From assembly GCA_964016885.1 (NCBI GenBank), contig OZ024744.1, forward strand, positions 124,868,001 through 124,932,000: 64,000 nt of DNA, given 5' to 3'. Positions 35,790 through 50,200 of the stretch are shown here, piece after piece. The DNA comes from Eledone cirrhosa. Lineage: Eukaryota. The position numbers were made by a program, and so were the translations under genes. The notes beneath the pieces were generated by a model that was given only the letters and a program-made list of their open reading frames with translations, did no database searches and was not told where the DNA came from. Within the stretch, counting starts at the first letter, position 1. Each line of letters starts with the position of its first letter.

Positions 35790-35970
35790 CTGTCACTAAG
35801 GCAGCAAATTGGCAGAGTCGCTAGAATATCAGATAGCATTCTTTACATTATTTGTTTCAGCTCTCTGTTCTCTCAATTCAAATCCTGCTCAGGTCAACTT
35901 TGCCTTTCATCCATACAAAATAGATTAATAAAAGTACCAGTGTATTACTGGGGTCAATTCTTCTTCTAAC
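35790..35970 (+). mobile_element. Diverged SINE
   Basis: TTCAAATCCTGCTCAGGTCAACTTTGCCTTTCATCC..ATAAAAGTACCAGT..TACTGGGGTC. Confidence 0.65.
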
Positions 35971-35990
35971 TCTTCTGCACTTCCATTCTC

Positions 35991-36023
<33 letters not shown>

Positions 36024-36576
36024 GCTTCTTTAGAACACATCTGCTGTATTCAGACCTGGAGCGGAGATGGGCTCCACCAAGTTTTAAAAATTGCCCTTTA
36101 AGCGCTGTATGTCAATATGGTGCCCCTATGATTCCCTCCCTCAGGAGTTATGGGACCATAGATACTGTCAATTGTAAAGAATAACAGAGATATTCAGTGC
36201 TAGTGTGGTGTTCTGTCAGTTGTGGAGATTGATGAATCTAAACAGAAATATCAACAGCACTTTTCATTTCTGAGTAACACATTTGTTACCAAGTGCTGCA
36301 TGGCTGGAATGAAAATCAGTGCTGTGAAAACCAAGACATTCATCCTCTCAAGGAAGCTTGTGCAGTGCACTCTACATGTAAATGGAGTCCCACTGAAGCA
36401 GGTAGAAAAGTTCATGTATCTCGAAGCTGTGTTCACGAGTGATGACAGAGACGGCAAAGGCACAACACACAACAGAAGAAAAGAACAATGACAATTATTA
36501 TTATTATTATTATTTGTTTTATTAGTTTTATTATAATAAAAATTGTGCTGTTAGTTTGCTTGCTATACCATCATGT

Positions 36577-36670
36577 ACCCTAACCCTAAACCTAACCCCA
36601 ACTCCAACTCTGACCCTAAACCTAACCCCAACCCCAACCCCAACCCTAACCCTAACCCTAACCCTAACCC
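36577..36670 (-). repeat. Telomere-like tract, copy B
   Basis: As 397-484, with one extra CCCCAA. Confidence 0.9.
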
Positions 36671-37600
36671 ACGATAGAAGACGTTCGTTACCGCTGGAGC
36701 AACGCAAATTACTCCTCGGTTGACGCCAAAAACGAACGCCTTCTCGACGGCTAGCCGCATTTCGTGATCCGCCTTTCGATTGCGCTTCCGTCGCGGAAAA
36801 AGAATTGCCTTTATAGGCCGCCGCCGCCGCCCGACCGGACCCACGATAGAAGACGTTCGTTACCGCTGGAGCAACGCAAATTACTCCTCGGTTGACGCCA
36901 AAAACGAACGCCTTCTCGACGGCTAGCCGCATTTCGTGATCCGCCTTTCGATTGCGCTTCCGTCGCGGAAAAAGAATTGCCTTTATAGGCCGCCGCCGCC
37001 GCCCGACCGGACCCACGATAGAAGACGTTCGTTACCGCTGGAGCAACGCAAATTACTCCTCGGTTGACGCCAAAAACGAACGCCTTCTCGACGGCTAGCC
37101 GCATTTCGTGATCCGCCTTTCGATTGCGCTTCCGTCGCGGAAAAAGAATTGCCTTTATAGGCCGCCGCCGCCGCCCGACCGGACCCACGATAGAAGACGT
37201 TCGTTACCGCTGGAGCAACGCAAATTACTCCTCGGTTGACGCCAAAAACGAACGCCTTCTCGACGGCTAGCCGCATTTCGTGATCCGCCTTTCGATTGCG
37301 CTTCCGTCGCGGAAAAAGAATTGCCTTTATAGGCCGCCGCCGCCCGACCGGACCCACGATAGAAGACGTTCGTTACCGCTGGAGCAACGCAAATTACTCC
37401 TCGGTTGACGCCAAAAACGAACGCCTTCTCGACGGCTAGCCGCATTTCGTGATCCGCCTTTCGATTGCGCTTCCGTCGCGGAAAAAGAATTGCCTTTATA
37501 GGCCGCCGCCGCCGCCCGACCGGACCCACGATAGAAGACGTTCGTTACCGCTGGAGCAACGCAAATTACTCCTCGGTTGACGCCAAAAACGAACGCCTTC
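36667..37600 (+). repeat. 169/172-bp tandem repeat, copy B
   Basis: Units of 172, 172, 172, 169 and 172 bp plus a partial. Confidence 0.9.
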
Positions 37601-37957
37601 CGGTTCGGGCGACGTAAAAGTCTGTAGCCTTTTCGCCGATCCTCGACGATTATCCGCCTTCCGAACAACCGCCTTTCCGCCGTCACAGCAGTAGGTACTC
37701 GTCCGTCGTAATAGCCGTCATTTTAATGCAGGAGAAACGCCTAAATGCACTGCGATTGACGACGATCTACGACGCGCTTACTCTTCCTTGCTGCGACGAA
37801 GGTTTCGTTCGGCTTTTCGTCGTGGACCCGGTCAGGTCATGCCGCTGATCTCGCGTTGCGTCGTTACCGCTGGAGCAACGCAAATTACTCCTCGTTTAAC
37901 GCCAACATCGAACGCGCTTCGGTTCTCGGTCGTCGTTGTTTTGTTTCGTGCGGAAGA

Positions 37958-38142
37958 TACCTGGGTGATCCTGCCAGTAGTCATATGCTTGTCTCAAAGC
38001 TTAAGCCATGCAAGTGGAAGTTCATGCCGTAAACGAAAATGGTGAAACCGCGAATGGCTCAGGAACCGGATCTAATCCTCGGGACCGTATTCCTCACCGC
38101 GAGGAGAGGATAACTGTGGCAATTCTAGAGCTAATACATGCA
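37958..38142 (+). pseudogene. 18S rRNA 5' fragment, copy B
   Basis: Appears identical to 1766-1950. Confidence 0.95.
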
Positions 38143-38148
38143 ATTGAG

Positions 38149-41100
38149 ATCGGAGAGGGAGCGATCCGTCTGCTTGATTCCGATAACGAACGAGACATTC
38201 GTATCCGAAAGAACGTTTGTCTGGAAACTGGTGAGTCAGTGAGTCGAAAAAAAAAATATCTCGGTGGTAGTAGCAAATATTCGAACGAGACATTCGTATG
38301 CGAAAGAAAAATATCTCGGTGGTAGTAGCAAATATTCGAACGAGACATTCGTATGCGAAAGAACGTTTGTCTGGAAGTGGCGATCCATGCCCGGTGGATA
38401 GTTGGTTCCGGGTTTTACTATGATTGTTGCAAAACAGAAACTTAAAGGGATTGACAGAATTTGCGATTCCGGAGAGGGGGCGATCCGTCTGCTTGATTCC
38501 GATAACGAACGAGACATTCGTATCCGAAAGAACGTTTGTCTGGAAACTGGTGAGTCAGTGAGTCGAAAAAAAAATATCTCGGTGGTAGTAGCAAATATTC
38601 GAACGAGACATTCGTATGCGAAAGAAAAATATCTCGGTGGTAGTAGCAAATATTCGAACGAGACATTCGTATGCGAAAGAACGTTTGTCGGTGGTAGTAG
38701 CAAATATTCGAACGAGACATTCGTATGCGAAAGAACGTTTGTCTGGAAGTGGCGATCCATGCCCGGTGGATAGTTGGTTCCGGGTTTTACTATGATTGTT
38801 GCAAAACAGAAACTTAAAGGGATTGACAGAATTTGCGATTCCGGAGAGGGGGCGATCCGTCTGCTTGATTCCGATAACGAACGAGACATTCGTATCCGAA
38901 AGAACGTTTGTCTGGAAACTGGTGAGTCAGTGAGTCGAAAAAAAAATATCTCGGTGGTAGTAGCAAATATTCGAACGAGACATTCGTATGCGAAAGAAAA
39001 ATATCTCGGTGGTAGTAGCAAATATTCGAACGAGACATTCGTATGCGAAAGAACGTTTGTCTGGAAGTGGCGATCCATGCCCGGTGGATAGTTGGTTCCG
39101 GGTTTTACTATGATTGTTGCAAAACAGAAACTTAAAGGGATTGACAGGATTTGCGATTCCGGAGAGGGGGCGATCCGTCTGCTTGATTCCGATAACGAAC
39201 GAGACATTCGTATCCGAAAGAACGTTTGTCTGGAAACTGGTGAGTCAGTGAGTCGAAAAAAAAATATCTCGGTGGTAGTAGCAAATATTCGTATGCGAAA
39301 GAAAAGATCTCGGTGGTAGTAGCAAATATTCGAACGAGACATTCGTAGGCGAAAGAAAAATATCTCGGTGGTAGTAGCAAATATTCGAACGAGACATTCG
39401 TATTCGAAAGAACGTTTGTCTGGAAGTTGCGATCCATGCCCGGTGGATAGTTGGTTCCGGGCTTTACTATGATTGTTGCAAAACAGAAACTTAAAGGGAT
39501 TGACAGAATTTGCGATTCCGGAGAGGGGGCGATCCGTCTGCTTGATTTCGATAACGAACGAGACATTCGTATCCGAAAGAACGTTTGTCTGGAAACTGGT
39601 GAGTCAGTGAGTCGAAAAAAAAAATATCTCGGTGGTAGTAGCAAATATTCGAACGAGACATTCGTATGCGAAAGAACGTTTGTCGGTGGTAGTAGCAAAT
39701 ATTCGAACGAGACATTCGTATGCGAAAGAACGTTTGTCTGGAAGTGGCGATCCATGCTCGGTGGATAGTTGGTTCCGGGTTTTACTATGATTGTTGCAAA
39801 ACAGAAACTTAAAGGGATTGACAGAATTTGCGATTCCGGAGAGGGGGCGATCCGTCTGCTTGATTCCGATAACGAACGAGACATTCGTATCCGAAAGAAC
39901 GTTTGTCTGGAAACTGGTGAGTCAGTGAGTCGAAAAAAAAATATCTCGGTGGTAGTAGCAAATATTCGAACGAGACATTCGTATGCGAAAGAACGTTTGT
40001 CGGTGGTAGTAGCAAATATTCGAACGAGACATTCGTATGCGAAAGAACGTTTGTCTGGAAGTGGCGATCCATGCCCGGTGGATAGTTGGTTCCGGGTTTT
40101 ACTATGATTGTTGCAAAACAGAAACTTAAAGGGATTGACAGAATTTGCGATTCCGGAGAGGGGGCGATCCGTCTGCTTGATTCCGATAACGAACGAGACA
40201 TTCGTATCCGAAAGAACGTTTGTCTGGAAACTGGTGAGTCGAAAAAAAAATATCTCGGTGGTAGTAGCAAATATTCGTATGCGAAAGAAAAGATCTCGGT
40301 GGTAGTAGCAAATATTCGAACGAGACATTCGTAGGCGAAAGAAAAATATCTCGGTGGTAGTAGCAAATATTCGAACGAGACATTCGTATGCGAAAGAACG
40401 TTTGTCGGTGGTAGTAGCAAATATTCGAACGAGACATTCGTATGCGAAAGAACGTTTGTCGGTGGTAGTAGCAAATATTCGAACGAGACATTCGTATGCG
40501 AAAGAACGTTTGTCTGGAAGTGGCGATCCATGCCCGGTGGATAGTTGGTTCCGGGTTTTACTATGATTGTTGCAAAACAGAAACTTAAAGGGATTGACAG
40601 AATTTGCGATTCCGGAGAGAGGGCGATCCGTCTGCTTGATTCCGATAACGAACGAGACATTCGTATCCGAAAGAACGTTTGTCTGGAAACTGGTGAGTCA
40701 GTGAGTCGAAAAAAAAATATCTCGGTGGTAGTAGCAAATATTCGAACGAGACATTCGTATGCGAAAGAACGTTTGTCGGTGGTAGTAGCAAATATTCGAA
40801 CGAGACATTCGTATGCGAAAGAACGTTTGTCTGGAAGTGGCGATCCATGCTCGGTGGATAGTTGGTTCCGGGTTTTACTATGATTGTTGCAAAACAGAAA
40901 CTTAAAGGGATTGACAGAATTTGCGATTCCAGAGAGGGGGCGATCCGTCTGCTTGATTCCGATAACGAACGAGACATTCGTATCCGAAAGAACGTTTGTC
41001 TGGAAACTGGTGAGTCAGTGAGTCGAAAAAAAAATATCTCGGTGGTAGTAGCAAATATTCGTATGCGAAAGAAAAGATCTCGGTGGTAGTAGCAAATATT

Positions 41101-42273
41101 CGAACGAGACATTCGTAGGCGAAAGAAAAATATCTCGGTGGTAGTAGCAAATATTCGAACGAGACATTCGTATTCGAAAGAACGTTTGTCTGGAAGTTGC
41201 GATCCATGCCCGGTGGATAGTTGGTTCCGGGCTTTACTATGATTGTTGCAAAACAGAAACTTAAAGGGATTGACAGAATTTGCGATTCCGGAGAGGGGGC
41301 GATCCGTCTGCTTGATTTCGATAACGAACGAGACATTCGTATCCGAAAGAACGTTTGTCTGGAAACTGGTGAGTCAGTGAGTCGAAAAAAAAAATATCTC
41401 GGTGGTAGTAGCAAATATTCGAACGAGACATTCGTATGCGAAAGAACGTTTGTCGGTGGTAGTAGCAAATATTCGAACGAGACATTCGTATGCGAAAGAA
41501 CGTTTGTCGGTGGTAGTAGCAAATATTCGAACGAGACATTCGTATGCGAAAGAACGTTTGTCTGGAAGTGGCGATCCATGCCCGGTGGATAGTTGGTTCC
41601 GGGTTTTACTATGATTGTTGCAAAACAGAAACTTAAAGGGATTGACAGAATTTGCGATTCCAGAGAGAGGGCGATCCGTCTGCTTGATTCCGATAACGAA
41701 CGAGACATTCGTATCCGAAAGAACGTTTGTCTGGAAACTGGTGAGTCAGTGAGTCGAAAAAAAAATATCTCGGTGGTAGTAGCAAATATTCGAACGAGAC
41801 ATTCGTATGCGAAAGAACGTTTGTCTGGAAGTGGCGATCCATGCTCGGTGGATAGTTGGTTCCGGGTTTTACTATGATTGTTGCAAAACAGAAACTTAAA
41901 GGGATTGACAGAATTTGCGATTCCGGAGAGGGGGCGATCCGTCTGCTTGATTCCGATAACGAACGAGACATTCGTATCCGAAAGAACGTTTGTCTGGAAA
42001 CTGGTGAGTCAGTGAGTCGAAAAAAAAATATCTCGGTGGTAGTAGCAAATATTCGTATGCGAAAGAAAAGATCTCGGTGGTAGTAGCAAATATTCGAACG
42101 AGACATTCGTATGCGAAAGAAAAATATCTCGGTGGTAGTAGCAAATATTCGAACGAGACATTCGTATTCGAAAGAACGTTTGTCTGGAAGTTGCGATCCA
42201 TGCCCGGTGGATAGTTGGTTCCGGGCTTTACTATGATTGTTGCAAAACAGAAACTTAAAGGAATTGACAGAAT
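38149..42273 (+). repeat. rRNA-mosaic satellite, copy B, about 12 units
   Basis: TTGGTTCCGGG at 38402, 38774, 39092 ... 42215. Confidence 0.93.
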
Positions 42274-42290
42274 TTTCGAATCGACATCAA

Positions 42291-42656
42291 CTCGGCTACG
42301 GCTATCCCGTCGAGTACGAGAGTATCGCGGGATCAGAGCAACGGTTTGCTAGGCTGCCTCTGAGCGATAACGGCTGAACGCCTCCTCTAAGCCGGAACCC
42401 TAGCCGGACCCGAGTTGTTTTTCGACAAGCGTCTCGACCTTCTTAAGGCCCATGCCTTAGTTTGGCGATTGCCGTCCGTTCGCCGACGGCGGCAGCGTCA
42501 GCGGAAATGCCATTCTGTGACGACTACGACGATTCGTCGTCGTCGTCGTCCATTCGATTTCCTGAAAGAGATAGAGACTAAAGTGATCAAATTGTTCGGA
42601 GTTACGTGCTTAGTAGAGCAGCTACCACACTGCAATCTATTGAGAGTTTTCTGACG
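42291..42656 (+). pseudogene. Degenerate 28S rRNA 3' end, copy B
   Basis: Appears identical to 8290-8655. Confidence 0.85.
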
Positions 42657-44059
42657 AACGATACAATCCGCCCACGTGGCGCCAGAAAGGGAGAAGAAAA
42701 GAAAAGTTAGACGCCGCCGATCGATCGGTTCGTTGTTTTACGTGTACACAGCTTGTGTGTGTGTCTGTATGTGATACAAGCCGCCTATCCGTCTTCCAAG
42801 TAAGTTTTGTGTGTAGACTGCGGAAAGAAATCCAATCCGCCGTCTAGGCGGTTCTGCCGCCGACCCATACTTTTGCGAGTCGCTCCCGGGAAAGACAGGC
42901 GGCAAGACGGCGTGTATACACGACGCCTTCCGTCTTCCGCCTCGAACCCGGCAAACGTTCCTTTATTCGTCCACGCCTTCCCGCTTCGATCGCGAGAAAG
43001 TAATCAATCTGTTTTGTGTGTGTGTCTGTGTGTGATACAAATTTGTTTTCTTAATTTGATAACCATGAATTGTTTCAACACCGGCCCTTTTAAGGGCCAC
43101 TTATATTTTCAATAATCAGTTTAAATGGGTTGCACCGTAGCCACTTGGTAATACACTGCAAATCTCCCGTCAATCTATGAAGGTTTTGTAGTAGATTAGA
43201 TCAAAACACAATCAGCAAGACAGTAATGGAATGAATAATATAAACATTTGTTTATAATTAAAGCCTTAAGATGTCCCTCCCTCCCTCCCTTCCTTCCTTC
43301 CTTACGATATACACTTTAATAACATTGAAACTTATTTAATAAGTTTAAATTTTAAACACTTTTTATTCAGACGTACCGCGATAAGTAACTAGATATGTTC
43401 TAACGAATAATCCGCGATGTGGCGAGGATTACCGCGATAGGAAATTAGATACGTTCCAAAGAAATATCCGCGAAAAGTGAACCGCGATATAGCGGGTTCA
43501 CCAGCCAGTGTATTACTGGTACTTTATTTTATCGACCCCCATAAGGATGAAAGGCAAAGTTAACTGTGCAATAACAAAGGGAGATAACCTCGTCTTTTTT
43601 TTTTTACGGAGTTATTTCCCTTTAAATTTTATCTATTACTTATGATGATACAATTTAATCAGTTCTTAGCTGTCGAGACACTGCATCCTTTAAAACCTCC
43701 ATGGAACAAGCTACCTGCAACAGTTGTTAGCTGTCGAGACACTGCATCTTTTAAAACCTCCATGGAACAAACTACCTGCATCAGTTGTTAGGGTCTGAGT
43801 TCAAATCACGCCGAGGAGGTTAACTTTGCCTTTCATCCTTACGGGGACGGTCGGAAAACGAACCATTACCGGTTCGCTTTCGAAGCGGGTTTCCGAAAAC
43901 AGCGCTTCTCTCGACCGGGCCCGTCGTCCGCTCGGCGGTGGTTTTCATCGTCCCAGGCACGGCTAACAGGCGGAGACGGGACAAACGCGCGTGTTCCTTT
44001 TTTTATCAGCCGCAGCGCCGTTCGTATATATGCTTAGGTTGTTTTTTTTTTAAATATCC

Positions 44060-44290
44060 TAAGTTAAGTTGGGGCTAAGTTAAGTTGGGGCTAAGTTAAG
44101 TTGAGGTTAAGTTGAGTTGGGGTTAAGTTAAGTGGGGGTTAAGTTAAGCTGGGGTTAAGTTAAGTTGAGGTTAAGTTAAGTTGGGGTTAAGTCAAGTTGG
44201 GGTTAAGTTAAGTTGGGGTTAAGTTAGGTTGGGGTTAAGTTAGGTTGGGGTTAAGTTAAGTTGGGGTTAAGTTAGGTTGCGGTTAAGTTA
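44060..44290 (+). repeat. G-rich 16-bp repeat, copy B
   Basis: Appears identical to 10085-10315. Confidence 0.9.
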
Positions 44291-47200
44291 CATTCGCCGC
44301 CGGACTTCAGCTTCCTCATTTAGCATGGGCAGTTTTTCTTGAAAATCACACCACACACAGCAAATGTGTGTCCGCACATGTACCAGTAATTACAGATCGA
44401 TTCCGGTGAAAATTCACTGAAAACGGGCCATCCGGCCCTGTGCGTCGATCGTGGGCCGGCCGGATGTTGACGAATCGATGTGTAATTAGAAGTACATGTG
44501 CGGACACTCATTGGCTGTGCGTGGTATGCATTTCAGCAAGATATCTCCGTAACATCAAGAGTTATGGCTGTGGAGGCACACCTAGTCAAACGTAAACAAG
44601 GTCTGGAGCGTTTACGCTTCGCGATTTTGTTTACGTTTGACTAGGTGTGCCTCCACAGCCACAACTCTTGATTTTACGGAGATATCTTGCTGAAATGCAT
44701 ACCGCGCACAGCCAATGAGTGTCCGCACATGTACTTCTAATTACACATCGATCCGTCAACATCCGGCCGGCCCACGATCGACGCACAGGGCCGGATGGCC
44801 CGTTTTCAGTGAAATTTCACCGGAATCGATCTGTAATTACTGGTACATGTGCGGAGACACATTTGCTGTGTGTGGTGTGATTTTCAAGAAAAACTGCCCA
44901 TGCTAAATGAGGAAGCTGAAGTCCGCCGGCGAATGGTGTGCTTCGAAGAAAACTAATTCGAAAATGACCGTTTGCAGGCGGAGTAACCTTTTCGATCGTG
45001 GGCCAGCCGCCCGTGGTGGGATCCATCTGTAATTACTGGTACATGTGCGGACATACATTTGCTGTGTGTGGTGTGATTTTCAAGAAGAACTGCCCATGCT
45101 AAATGAGGAAGCTGAAGTCCGCCGGCGAATGGTGTGCTTCGAAGAAAACTAATTCGAAAATGACCGTTTGCAGGCGGGGTAACCTTTTCGATCGTGGGCC
45201 AGCGGCCCGTGGTGGGATCCATCTGTAATTACTGGTACATGTGCGGACACACATTTGCTGTGTGTGGTGTGATTTTCGAGAAAGACTGCCCATGCTAAAT
45301 GAGGAAGCTGAAGTCCGCCGGCGAATGGTGTGCTTCGAAGAAAACTAATTCGAAAATGACTATTTGCCGGCGGAATCACCTTTTCGGTCCTGGTCCGGCC
45401 GGATCTTGCCGGATCGATCGGAAATTTGTGGACCATGTTCGGAAGGCCATTGTGCATGTGTGGTGAAAAAAATTTGTGTCGAAATCTTCTCGGAAAATAA
45501 CGGATCGCCGGCGGAGATTGCCATTTCGATCGTGGGCCGGCCGGATCTTGTCGGATCGATTCGGACATATGTGCATCGTGTTCGCAAGGCCCTTGTCTAT
45601 GTGTGGTGTGATTTTCATAAAGAAATTCCGAAAAACCCAGTTTTAAATCTGATTTCGCCAAAGAATTTTGGGTATCAGATCGGGTTGAAAGGTATGGTTT
45701 CAGGTCGATCTGAAAGTCTAAAATGGAATTCACTCGGTTAGCTAACTTTTGATATATCGGAGATATCTTTCTGAAAATCACACCACACACTCCCAATGAG
45801 TGTCTGCACATGTACCAGTAATTACAGATGGATCCCACCACGGGCGGCCGGCCCACGATCGAAAAGGTTACTCCGAAGCACACCATTCGCCGGCGGAATT
45901 CATTTAGCATGGGCAGTTTTTCTCGAAAATCACACCACACACAGCCAATGAGTGTCCGCACATGTACCAGTAATTACAGATGGATCCCACCACGGGCGGC
46001 TGGCCCACGATCGAAAAGGTTACTCCGCCTGCAAACGGTCATTTTCGAATTAGTTTTCTTCGAAGCACACCATTCGCCGGCGGACTTCAGCTTCCTCATT
46101 TAGCATGGGCAGTTTTTCTCGAAAATCACACCACACACAGCAAATGTGTGTCCGCACATGTACCAGTAATTACAGATCGATTCCGGTGAAAATTCACTGA
46201 AAACGGGCCATTCTGCCCTGTGCGTCGATCGTGGGCCGGCCGGATGTTGACGGATCGATGTGTAATTAGAAGTACATGTGCGGACACTCATTGGCTGTGC
46301 GTGGTATGCATTTCAGCAAGATATCTCCGTAACATCAAGAGTTATGGCTGTGGAGGCACACCTAGTCAAACGTAAACAAGCTCTGGAGCGTATACGCTTC
46401 GCGATTTTGTTTACGTTTGACTAGGTGTGCCTCCACAGCCACAACTCTTGATGTTACGGAGATATCTTGCTGAAATGCATACCACGCACAGCCAATGAGT
46501 GTCCGCACATGTACTTCTAATTACACATCGATCCGTCAACATCCGGCCGGCCCACGATCGACGCACAGGGCCGGATGGCCCGTTTTCAGTGAATTTTCAC
46601 CGGAATCGATCTGTAATTACTGGTACATGTGCGGACACACATTTGCTGTGTGTGGTGTGATTTTCACGAAAAACTGCCCATGCTAAATGAGGAAGCTGAA
46701 GTCCGCCGGCGAATGGTGTGCTTCGAAGAAAACTAATTCGAAAATGACCGTTTGCAGGCGGAGTAACCTTTTCGATCGTGGGCCAGCCGCCCGTGGTGGG
46801 ATACATCTGTAATTACTGGTACATGTGCGGACACACATTTGCTGTGTGTGGTGTGATTTTCGAGAAAGACTGCCCATGCTAAATGAGGAAGCTGAAGTCC
46901 GCCGGCGAATGGTGTGCTTCGAAGAAAACTAATTCGAAAATGACTATTTGCCGGCGGAATCACCTTTTCGGTCCTGGTCCGGCCGGATCTTGCCGGATCG
47001 ATCGGAAATTTGTGGACCATGTTCGGAAGGCCATTGTGCATGTGTGATGAAAAAAATTTGTGTCGAAATCTTCTCGGAAAATAACGGATCGCCGGCGGAG
47101 ATTGCCATTTCGATCGTGGGCCGGCCGGATCTTGTCGGATCGATTCGGACATATGTGCATCGTGTTCGCAAGGCCCTTGTCTATGTGTGGTGTGATTTTC

Positions 47201-50200
47201 ATAAAGAAATTCCGAAAAACCCAGTTTTAAATCTGATTTCGCCAAAGAATTTTGGGTATCAGATCGGGTTGAAAGGTATGGTTTCAGGTCGATCTGAAAG
47301 TCTAAAATGGAATTCACTCGGTTAGCTAACTTTTGATATATCGGAGATATCTTTCTGAAAATCACACCACACACTCCCAATGAGTGTCTGCACATGTACC
47401 AGTAATTACAGATGGATCCCACCACGGGCGGCCGGCCCACGATCGAAAAGGTTACTCCGAAGCACACCATTCGCCGGCGGAATTCATTTAGCATGGGCAG
47501 TTTTTGTCGAAAATCACACCACACACAGCCAATGAGTGTCCGCACATGTACCAGTAATTACAGATGGATCCCACCACGGGCGGCTGGCCCACGATCGAAA
47601 AGGTTACTCCGCCTGCAAACGGTCATTTTCGAATTAGTTTTCTTCGAAGCACACCATTCGCCGGCGGACTTCAGCTTCCTCATTTAGCATGGGCAGTTTT
47701 TCTCGAAAATCACACCACACACAGCAAATGTGTGTCCGCACATGTACCAGTAATTACAGATCGATTCCGGTGAAAATTCACTGAAAACGGGCCATTCTGC
47801 CCTGTGCGTCGATCGTGGGCCGGCCGGATGTTGACGGATCGATGTGTAATTAGAAGTACATGTGCGGACACTCATTGGCTGTGCGTTGTATGCATTTCAG
47901 CAAGATATCTCCGTAACATCAAGAGTTATGGCTGTGGAGGCACACCTAGTCAAACGTAAACAAGCTCTGGAGCGTATACGCTTCGCGATTTTGTTTACGT
48001 TTGACTAGGTGTGCCTCCACAGCCACAACTCTTGATGTTACGGAGATATCTTGCTGAAATGCATACCACGCACAGCCAATGAGTGTCCGCACATGTACTT
48101 CTAATTACACATCGATCCGTCAACATCCGGCCGGCCCACGATCGACGCACAGGGCCGGATGGCCCGTTTTCAGTGAATTTTCACCGGAATCGATCTGTAA
48201 TTACTGGTACATGTGCGGACACACATTTGCTGTGTGTGGTGTGATTTTCACGAAAAACTGCCCATGCTAAATGAGGAAGCTGAAGTCCGCCGGCGAATGG
48301 TGTGCTTCGAAGAAAACTAATTCGAAAATGACCGTTTGCAGGCGGAGTAACCTTTTCGATCGTGGGCCAGCCGCCCGTGGTGGGATACATCTGTAATTAC
48401 TGGTACATGTGCGGACACACATTTGCTGTGTGTGGTGTGATTTTCGAGAAAGACTGCCCATGCTAAATGAGGAAGCTGAAGTCCGCCGGCGAATGGTGTG
48501 CTTCGAAGAAAACTAATTCGAAAATGACTATTTGCCGGCGGAATCACCTTTTCGGTCCTGGTCCGGCCGGATCTTGCCGGATCGATCGGAAATTTGTGGA
48601 CCATGTTCGGAAGGCCATTGTGCATGTGTGATGAAAAAAATTTGTGTCGAAATCTTCTCGGAAAATAACGGATCGCCGGCGGAGATTGCCATTTCGATCG
48701 TGGGCCGGCCGGATCTTGTCGGATCGATTCGGACATATGTGCATCGTGTTCGCAAGGCCCTTGTCTATGTGTGGTGTGATTTTCATAAAGAAATTCCGAA
48801 AAACCCAGTTTTAAATCTGATTTCGCCAAAGAATTTTGGGTATCAGATCGGGTTGAAAGGTATGGTTTCAGGTCGATCTGAAAGTCTAAAATGGAATTCA
48901 CTCGGTTAGCTAACTTTTGATATATCGGAGATATCTTTCTGAAAATCACACCACACACTCCCAATGAGTGTCTGCACATGTACCAGTAATTACAGATGGA
49001 TCCCACCACGGGCGGCCGGCCCACGATCGAAAAGGTTACTCCGAAGCACACCATTCGCCGGCGGAATTCATTTAGCATGGGCAGTTTTTCTCGAAAATCA
49101 CACCACACACAGCCAATGAGTGTCCGCACATGTACCAGTAATTACAGATGGATCCCACCACGGGCGGCTGGCCCACGATCGAAAAGGTTACTCCGCCTGC
49201 AAACGGTCATTTTCGAATTAGTTTTCTTCGAAGCACACCATTCGCCGGCGGACTTCAGCTTCCTCATTTAGCATGGGCAGTTTTTCTCGAAAATCACACC
49301 ACACACAGCAAATGTGTGTCCGCACATGTACCAGTAATTACAGATCGATTCCGGTGAAAATTCACTGAAAACGGGCCATTCTGCCCTGTGCGTCGATCGT
49401 GGGCCGGCCGGATGTTGACGGATCGATGTGTAATTAGAAGTACATGTGCGGACACTCATTGGCTGTGCGTGGTATGCATTTCAGCAAGATATCTCCGTAA
49501 CATCAAGAGTTATGGCTGTGGAGGCACACCTAGTCAAACGTAAACAAGCTCTGGAGCGTATACGCTTCGCGATTTTGTTTACGTTTGACTAGGTGTGCCT
49601 CCACAGCCACAACTCTTGATGTTACGGAGATATCTTGCTGAAATGCATACCACGCACAGCCAATGAGTGTACGCACATGTACTTCTAATTACACATCGAT
49701 CCGTCAACATCCGGCCGGCCCACGATCGACGCACAGGGCCGGATGGCCCGTTTTCAGTGAATTTTCACCGGAATCGATCTGTAATTACTGGTACATGTGC
49801 GGACACACATTTGCTGTGTGTGGTGTGATTTTCACGAAAAACTGCCCATGCTAAATGAGGAAGCTGAAGTCCGCCGGCGAATGGTGTGCTTCGAAGAAAA
49901 CTAATTCGAAAATGACCGTTTGCAGGCGGAGTAACCTTTTCGATCGTGGGCCAGCCGCCCGTGGTGGGATACATCTGTAATTACTGGTACATGTGCGGAC
50001 ACACATTTGCTGTGTGTGGTGTGATTTTCGAGAAAGACTGCCCATGCTAAATGAGGAAGCTGAAGTCCGCCGGCGAATGGTGTGCTTCGAAGAAAACTAA
50101 TTCGAAAATGACTATTTGCCGGCGGAATCACCTTTTCGGTCCTGGTCCGGCCGGATCTTGCCGGATCGATCGGAAATTTGTGGACCATGTTCGGAAGGCC